Assembly: GCA_046597055.1 (NCBI GenBank)
Contig: JBKJLC010000228.1
Span: forward strand, 1-18,634
From: Kofleriaceae bacterium
GTDB taxonomy: Bacteria > Myxococcota_A > Polyangia > Haliangiales > Haliangiaceae
DNA: 18,634 bases
Direction: 5' to 3'
Every line of letters begins with the position of its first letter. Positions within the stretch are counted from its first letter, which is position 1. The position numbers were made by a program, and so were the translations under genes. This document shows positions 14,270 to 18,634 of the stretch, in pieces. The notes below the pieces were generated by a model. It ran no database searches. It saw nothing but the letters and a program-made list of their open reading frames with translations, and was not told where the DNA came from.

Positions 14270-16519
14270 ATGCAAGAGCCCGCGGCGCCGCTGCCGCTTC
14301 ATCTGTCTCGTGACGGCTGGATCGCCGGTCTCGGTTGCACGCTCGTCGCCGGCCTCGCCCTCGGCGTGATCGACGCCCTGGCCGCCGGCGGTGCCGGCGT
14401 GCTGCCGACGGTGCTCGGCCTGTGGGCGCTGCCGGTGCTCGGGTTCGGCGTACACGCCGGGGCGGTCACCGCGGGCGTGCTCGGGGCGCTCGGGCCGCGA
14501 CCGCTGGCCCGCCTGCGCGCAGACCGCGGGCTCGACGCCGGCGTCGCGGCGGCGCTGCTCGGCGGCGCGATCCTGCTGTTCGCGCTGGCGATCGTGCTGA
14601 AGCCCGCGCTCACGATGCTGGTCGTCAAGGCCCAGCGCAAGGAGGCCGGGGCCGCGCTGCTGCCGGTGGTCGCGGTGATCGCGGTGATCGGGCTCGGCTT
14701 GCTCGCGATCCCGGCCCAGCGCGTCCTGCGCCGGGGGACCGCGCTGCTCCCGGTGCTGGGGCCCCTGCCCCGCAGCGGGCTGGTCGCCGCGGTCATCGGG
14801 CTGGTGCTGGTGGTGTGGGCGCGCGGCCGGCTGTACGGCGCCGGCTTCGAGAACGAGGCGCTGCCGACCACCGCGCTGCTCCAGCTGACGCTGCTGCCGG
14901 TCCTGACGATCGGGATCGCGGCGCTGGCGTTCGGACCGCTGGCGCGCGTCCGCGGGCGGATCCCGGCGCGGGGTGCGCTGGTCGTGGGCGGCGCGGTCCT
15001 GGCGCTGGCGCTGGCGGGCCTGACCTTCACCCGCCAGCCGTCGGTGGCGGTGGCCACCGGGATCTCGAACGATGGCGGCGTGTCGCGGCTGCTGGTGACG
15101 CTGGGCAAGACGATGATCGATCGCGACAAGGACGGATACTCGGCGTTCTTCCGGGGCCCCGACTGCGATGACCGGAACCAGGGAATCAACCCAGGCGCCA
15201 AGGAGATCCCGGGCAACGGGATCGACGAGAACTGCCAGTACGGCGACGCCGCGGTGGTGGCGGGCGCCGGCACCGCCGGCACCGGCACCGGCACCGCGGG
15301 CAGCGTCGGCACTGGCACTGGCACGGCGGCCCCGCCGGCGGGACCCAAGCGCAACCTGCTCATCATCATGGTCGACACGCTCCGGGTCGACCGGCTCGGC
15401 GCCAGCGGCTACCAGCGCGATGGCGCGACCATCTCGCCGCAGCTCGACGCCTTTCTCGGCAAGGCGGTGTGGTTCCGCAAGGCGTACGCGCAGGCGAACA
15501 ACACGCCGCGGTCCATGCCGTCGTTCATGACCTCGCGCTACCCGTCGATGGTCAAGGTCGACAAGATGTACGCGAAGTACCCGAAGCTCGACGACGCCAA
15601 CGACATGCTGTTCGAGCGTCTCCAGGCCGGTGGCTACCGCACGATCGGCATCGCCTCGCACTTCTACTTCCGGCCCGAGCGCAACTTCACCCAGGGCTTC
15701 GACGACTTCGACAACGAGGGCGCGCTCGACATCGGGCCGTCCAACAAGGACGTCGCGTCGCCGCGGACCGTGCCCAAGGTCGAGGCCAAGCTCGCCGAGC
15801 ACGGCAAGAGCGGCCAGCCGTTCGCGATGTTCGTCCACCTGTTCGAGCCGCACTCGAGCTGGATCGAGCACGAGGGGCAGCCACCGATCACCGAGAAGGG
15901 CACCCGGGCCCACTCGCAGCGCTACGACTACGAGGTGAAGTACGTCGACGCGTGGATCGGCAAGATCTTCGCGGCGCTCGAGCGCGAGGGCCTGGCCGAC
16001 GACACCGTGGTCGTCGTCATGAGCGACCACGGCGAGTCGTTCGGCGAGCACTCGTTCGCGGGCGAGAGCATGTTCCACGGCACCAACCTGTTCGACGAGC
16101 AGATCCGGGTGCCGTTCGCGTTCCGGGTGCCGGGCGCGGCGCCCCGCCAGGTCGACGGCGTGGTCCAGCTGATCGATCTCGCGCCCACCGTCGCCGACCT
16201 GCTCGGGGTCGCGCCGTCGCCGGACTGGCTCGGTCGCAGCCTGGCCCCGGCGATCCGGGGCGAGCCGCTGGCGCCGGCGCCGGCGTTCGCCGAGCTGCTG
16301 GCCTATCCGGGCTGGGACCACGACATCAAGATGGCGGTCAGCGGTGACGGCGCCTGGAAGCTGCACGACGTGGTCTCGCAGCGTCGTCAGGAGCTCTACG
16401 ACCTCGCCAGCGACCCGGCCGAGAAGCGCGATCTGATGAAGTCCGCCGAGGCCCAGGCCAAGCGCGACGAGATGAGGGCGCTGATGGCCGGCTTCGTCGA
16501 CGGCGTGCTGGCACAGTAG
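14270..16519 (+). CDS. Multi-pass membrane-anchored sulfatase-like hydrolase/transferase (alkaline phosphatase superfamily) with MopE-related metal-binding motif
   Basis: About 7 hydrophobic segments in the first ~260 aa; DRDKDGY...[25 protein letters not shown]; Gly/Thr linker; [63 protein letters not shown]. Confidence 0.9.
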   Translation: MQEPAAPLPLHLSRDGWIAGLGCTLVAGLALGVIDALAAGGAGVLPTVLGLWALPVLGFGVHAGAVTAGVLGALGPRPLARLRADRGLDAGVAAALLGGAILLFALAIVLKPALTMLVVKAQRKEAGAALLPVVAVIAVIGLGLLAIPAQRVLRRGTALLPVLGPLPRSGLVAAVIGLVLVVWARGRLYGAGFENEALPTTALLQLTLLPVLTIGIAALAFGPLARVRGRIPARGALVVGGAVLALALAGLTFTRQPSVAVATGISNDGGVSRLLVTLGKTMIDRDKDGYSAFFRGPDCDDRNQGINPGAKEIPGNGIDENCQYGDAAVVAGAGTAGTGTGTAGSVGTGTGTAAPPAGPKRNLLIIMVDTLRVDRLGASGYQRDGATISPQLDAFLGKAVWFRKAYAQANNTPRSMPSFMTSRYPSMVKVDKMYAKYPKLDDANDMLFERLQAGGYRTIGIASHFYFRPERNFTQGFDDFDNEGALDIGPSNKDVASPRTVPKVEAKLAEHGKSGQPFAMFVHLFEPHSSWIEHEGQPPITEKGTRAHSQRYDYEVKYVDAWIGKIFAALEREGLADDTVVVVMSDHGESFGEHSFAGESMFHGTNLFDEQIRVPFAFRVPGAAPRQVDGVVQLIDLAPTVADLLGVAPSPDWLGRSLAPAIRGEPLAPAPAFAELLAYPGWDHDIKMAVSGDGAWKLHDVVSQRRQELYDLASDPAEKRDLMKSAEAQAKRDEMRALMAGFVDGVLAQ
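15269..15325 (+). repeat. Imperfect GGCACC/GGCACT hexamer repeat encoding a Gly-Thr linker
   Basis: ggcaccgccggcaccggcaccggcacc...ggcactggcactggcacg = [19 protein letters not shown], between the MopE-like motif and the catalytic domain. Confidence 0.7.
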
Positions 16520-16526
16520 GCGCCTC

Positions 16527-16961
16527 ATGACCGAGTACAAGAACCCGAAGCCGACCGTCGACGTGCTGATCGAGCTCGACGGTCGCCCCGGCACCATCGT
16601 GCTCATCGAGCGCAAGAACGAGCCGCGCGGCTGGGCGATCCCGGGCGGCTTCGTCGACGACGGCGAGTGGCTGGCCGACGCGGCGGCGCGCGAGGCCAAG
16701 GAGGAGACCGGGCTCGACGTCGAGCTGACCGAGCTGTTCCACGCCTACAGCGATCCAGCGCGCGACCCGCGCTTCCACACGGTCTCGACCGTGTTCCTGG
16801 CCCGCGCCGCCGGCACCCCGGCCGGCGGCGACGACGCCGAGCACGCCCAGGTGTTCGACCTCACCGCCCTGCCCGCCCCGCTCGTGTTCGACCACGGCAC
16901 CATCGTCGCCGACTACGTCGCCTACCGCGCGAGCGGCAAGCGACCGCCGCCGCGCCGTTAG
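16527..16961 (+). CDS. Nudix hydrolase (ADP-ribose pyrophosphatase-like)
   Basis: Complete Nudix box [23 protein letters not shown], plus [13 protein letters not shown] and LVFDH. Starts 7 nt after the sulfatase-like gene stop. Confidence 0.93.
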   Translation: MTEYKNPKPTVDVLIELDGRPGTIVLIERKNEPRGWAIPGGFVDDGEWLADAAAREAKEETGLDVELTELFHAYSDPARDPRFHTVSTVFLARAAGTPAGGDDAEHAQVFDLTALPAPLVFDHGTIVADYVAYRASGKRPPPRR

Positions 16962-17098
16962 GTTCGGATCAGAGCCGACCGGTCGGTGCCAGCGAGCGGG
17001 CTGCTACCGTCTTCGCCGCCGGGTTCCACGGGCCCGCCCGCGGGCTCGCGGGTCGCGCGCGGGGGAGCCGCCACCAGGACCACGCCATCTCCGCCGGT

Positions 17099-17126
17099 TA
17101 GACCGGCACTTCGGCCATGATACGGT
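17099..17126 (+). promoter_or_regulatory. Putative sigma70-type promoter for the HATPase gene (leaderless geometry)
   Basis: TAGACC (17099-17104), 16 nt, TACGGT (17121-17126) with a TG extension, 7 nt, GTG 17134. Confidence 0.45.
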
Positions 17127-17133
17127 GATAGGC

Positions 17134-17808
17134 GTGAGCCGAAGCGAGGACGGTCTCGAGCGGGTCAGGGCTCACCTGCTGGCGCTCTCCGAGACCCTCC
17201 CGGCGCTGATCGAGCGCATGCGCGAGCGGGCCGCCGCCGAAGGCCGGGATGATCTCCTGGCGCAGCCTCCGACCGACGCGAACCTGGTGCGGGACCGACT
17301 GGCTTCGTTCGCGGCCTACCTCGATCACTACGGCCGCGTCGACGCGCGCACGCTCGGTCCGCTCGACCTCCGGACGGTGCTCGAGGAAGCGGTGGCGCTC
17401 ACGCGGGGCGAGATCGGGTCGAAGGCGCAGCTCGTCGCGAGCTACCTCCCGGCCCCGCTCGTGCGCGCGAACCCGCGCCAGCTCGGCCACGTCTTCGTCT
17501 CGCTGCTCGTCAACGCGGCCCAGGCGCTGCCCGAGGGAGATCCGGCCGGGAACGCGGTGGCCATCGAGCTCGACACCACCGAGGCGGGCTGGGCACGCGT
17601 GGCCATCGCCGATACCGGCGCGGGCATCCACCCCGACGTGCTGCCGCTGATCTTCGAGCCGCTATTCTCGACCAAGCGCGGCGCGGGCACCGGCGTCGGC
17701 CTGGCCATCGTGCGCGAGATCGTCCGCGGGCTCGGTGGCCGGGTCTCGGTCGAGAGCGCGCTCGGCGGCGGGACGATGTTCGTCATCGAGCTACCGCCGG
17801 CCCCATGA
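17134..17808 (+). CDS. Histidine-kinase-type HATPase_c domain protein lacking sensor and canonical H-box
   Basis: N box QLGHVFVSLLVNAAQA, G1 IADTGAGI, F box IFEPLFSTK, G2 GTGVGLAIV, G3 GGGTMFVIELP. Only ~60 helical residues precede the domain. Start GTG 17134 or 17125. Confidence 0.88.
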   Translation: MSRSEDGLERVRAHLLALSETLPALIERMRERAAAEGRDDLLAQPPTDANLVRDRLASFAAYLDHYGRVDARTLGPLDLRTVLEEAVALTRGEIGSKAQLVASYLPAPLVRANPRQLGHVFVSLLVNAAQALPEGDPAGNAVAIELDTTEAGWARVAIADTGAGIHPDVLPLIFEPLFSTKRGAGTGVGLAIVREIVRGLGGRVSVESALGGGTMFVIELPPAP

Positions 17809-18634
17809 ACCAGATCGCCGAGCGTGCGGGAGGGTTGGGCCTGCTGGTGACCGCGAAGGCGCTGGCCGATGCCCGGATCGATCCGAGGCTCGCGCCGTCG
17901 GACCCGCGGCTGATCGAGCCCGCCGCCACGGACCTCAGGCGCCTCCTCGGCCAGATGGCGCGGCGCGGGAGCGATCCGAAGCTGGTCCATGCGCTGTGGG
18001 CGAAGCTCGACGGCCGGCCGCTCGAGCGCGCGCTCGTCGCGGTCGACGTGCTCGCCCAGGCGATCTGGTCGCCGCGCGACCCCTTCGTCGCCGAGCTGCG
18101 GGCTGCGGCGAACCTCCTCGGCGCCGCGCGGACCGCCGGCGAGCTCGGCGTCGATCTCGGCGCGCATCCGGCGCGCGCGCTGATCGAGCGGCATGCGCGG
18201 CCGGCGCTGGCGAGCGCGACCGCGGTCGACCTGCTCGCGCTGTCCTACGATCAGCACCTCGGCGCCCTCGACGAGCTGCTCGACCGCGACGACGAGCTGC
18301 TCGCGCGCCTGCCCACGCGTGAGAGCCTCCGCGCCTTCGCGCGCCTGGCCGCGCTGGCGCGGCTGCCCACGCTGGCCTCGGTGTACTTCGACTGGCTGGT
18401 GCGCGGGCTTGGCTGGCGCGCGCCGGCGCTCGAGCTGTGCGAGACCTTGTTCGACGCGGGCGTCGCGCACAAGCTCCCAGGCGCTGCGATCGAAGCCAGG
18501 GACCTGGGCGAGGCCGCCCGGCAGGATCTGGCGGAGTACCTGCTCTATCGCTCGCACCTGGGCGTCGGCGACAGCGAAACCGCCAACACCCTCCTGATCC
18601 AGCACGCGGCCGAGCGTCCGCCCTGGACCCGCCC
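17805..18634 (+). CDS. Hypothetical helical protein (runs off window end)
   Basis: Not in ORF track. ATG 17805 overlaps the upstream TGA (ATGA). Frame MNQIAERAGGLGLLVTAKALAD...LAEYLLYRSHLGVGD...ERPPWTR is open to the end with strong GC3 bias. Confidence 0.8.
   Translation, partial: MNQIAERAGGLGLLVTAKALADARIDPRLAPSDPRLIEPAATDLRRLLGQMARRGSDPKLVHALWAKLDGRPLERALVAVDVLAQAIWSPRDPFVAELRAAANLLGAARTAGELGVDLGAHPARALIERHARPALASATAVDLLALSYDQHLGALDELLDRDDELLARLPTRESLRAFARLAALARLPTLASVYFDWLVRGLGWRAPALELCETLFDAGVAHKLPGAAIEARDLGEAARQDLAEYLLYRSHLGVGDSETANTLLIQHAAERPPWTR

Noticed and set aside
16985..17040. SRP (4.5S) RNA, suggested by minus-strand GGTAGCAGCC
   Set aside because: The conserved CAGG-nCC-GNRA-GG-nAGCAG domain IV pattern is not matched, and I could not fold a continuous rod.
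1524..17808. A single 'pseudoenzyme island' (dead Mrr, Cys-less CpXC, GAGS PfkB, H-box-less kinase)
   Set aside because: The genes lie in separate transcription units among housekeeping genes with no shared motif or compositional signal; they are reported separately.
27..18605. Many long overlapping ORFs in the track (e.g. 70..1566 +, 1911..3380 +, 4170..6413 -, 7608..9560 +, 14048..16699 -, 17442..18605 -)
   Set aside because: They are antisense or shifted shadow frames of motif-supported genes, Arg/Pro/Ala/Gly-rich with no recognisable motifs, as expected from stop-codon scarcity at high GC.
1..18634. tRNA, rRNA, CRISPR array, IS/transposase, integrase or prophage genes
   Set aside because: No cloverleaf, regularly spaced direct repeats, terminal inverted repeats or relevant protein motifs seen; all intergenic gaps are about 230 bp or less.

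Overview
Gene-dense, very high-GC (about 70-75% by eye) bacterial chromosomal window. Gene content and protein style suggest Myxococcota (inference only). I can support 16 CDSs, two of them cut by the window edges and missing from the ORF track. In order: (-) IDR/HARE-HTH/degenerate Mrr-fold protein > lipB > Ddl-like ATP-grasp ligase; (+) ddl > AsmA-like/GT51 peptidoglycan glycosyltransferase fusion; (-) ECF sigma > ZAS anti-sigma > DUF4097-type secreted protein, then a GxYxGEV-motif protein, a CpXC-like/coiled-coil/HEAT protein and a metallophosphoesterase; (+) PfkB-fold protein lacking the catalytic Asp, membrane-anchored Thr-type sulfatase-fold enzyme > Nudix hydrolase; (+) H-box-less HATPase protein > hypothetical protein. 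I saw no tRNA, rRNA, CRISPR array or mobile element. The best candidate for an undescribed system is the ddl operon. Its Ddl carries a C-terminal DRR-x5-YxGxDRR tail resembling the c-di-GMP-binding ARR motif of Caulobacter Cle proteins, and the next gene fuses an AsmA-like (lipid-bridge-type) region to a peptidoglycan polymerase domain. All family calls come from reading motifs by eye; no searches were run.
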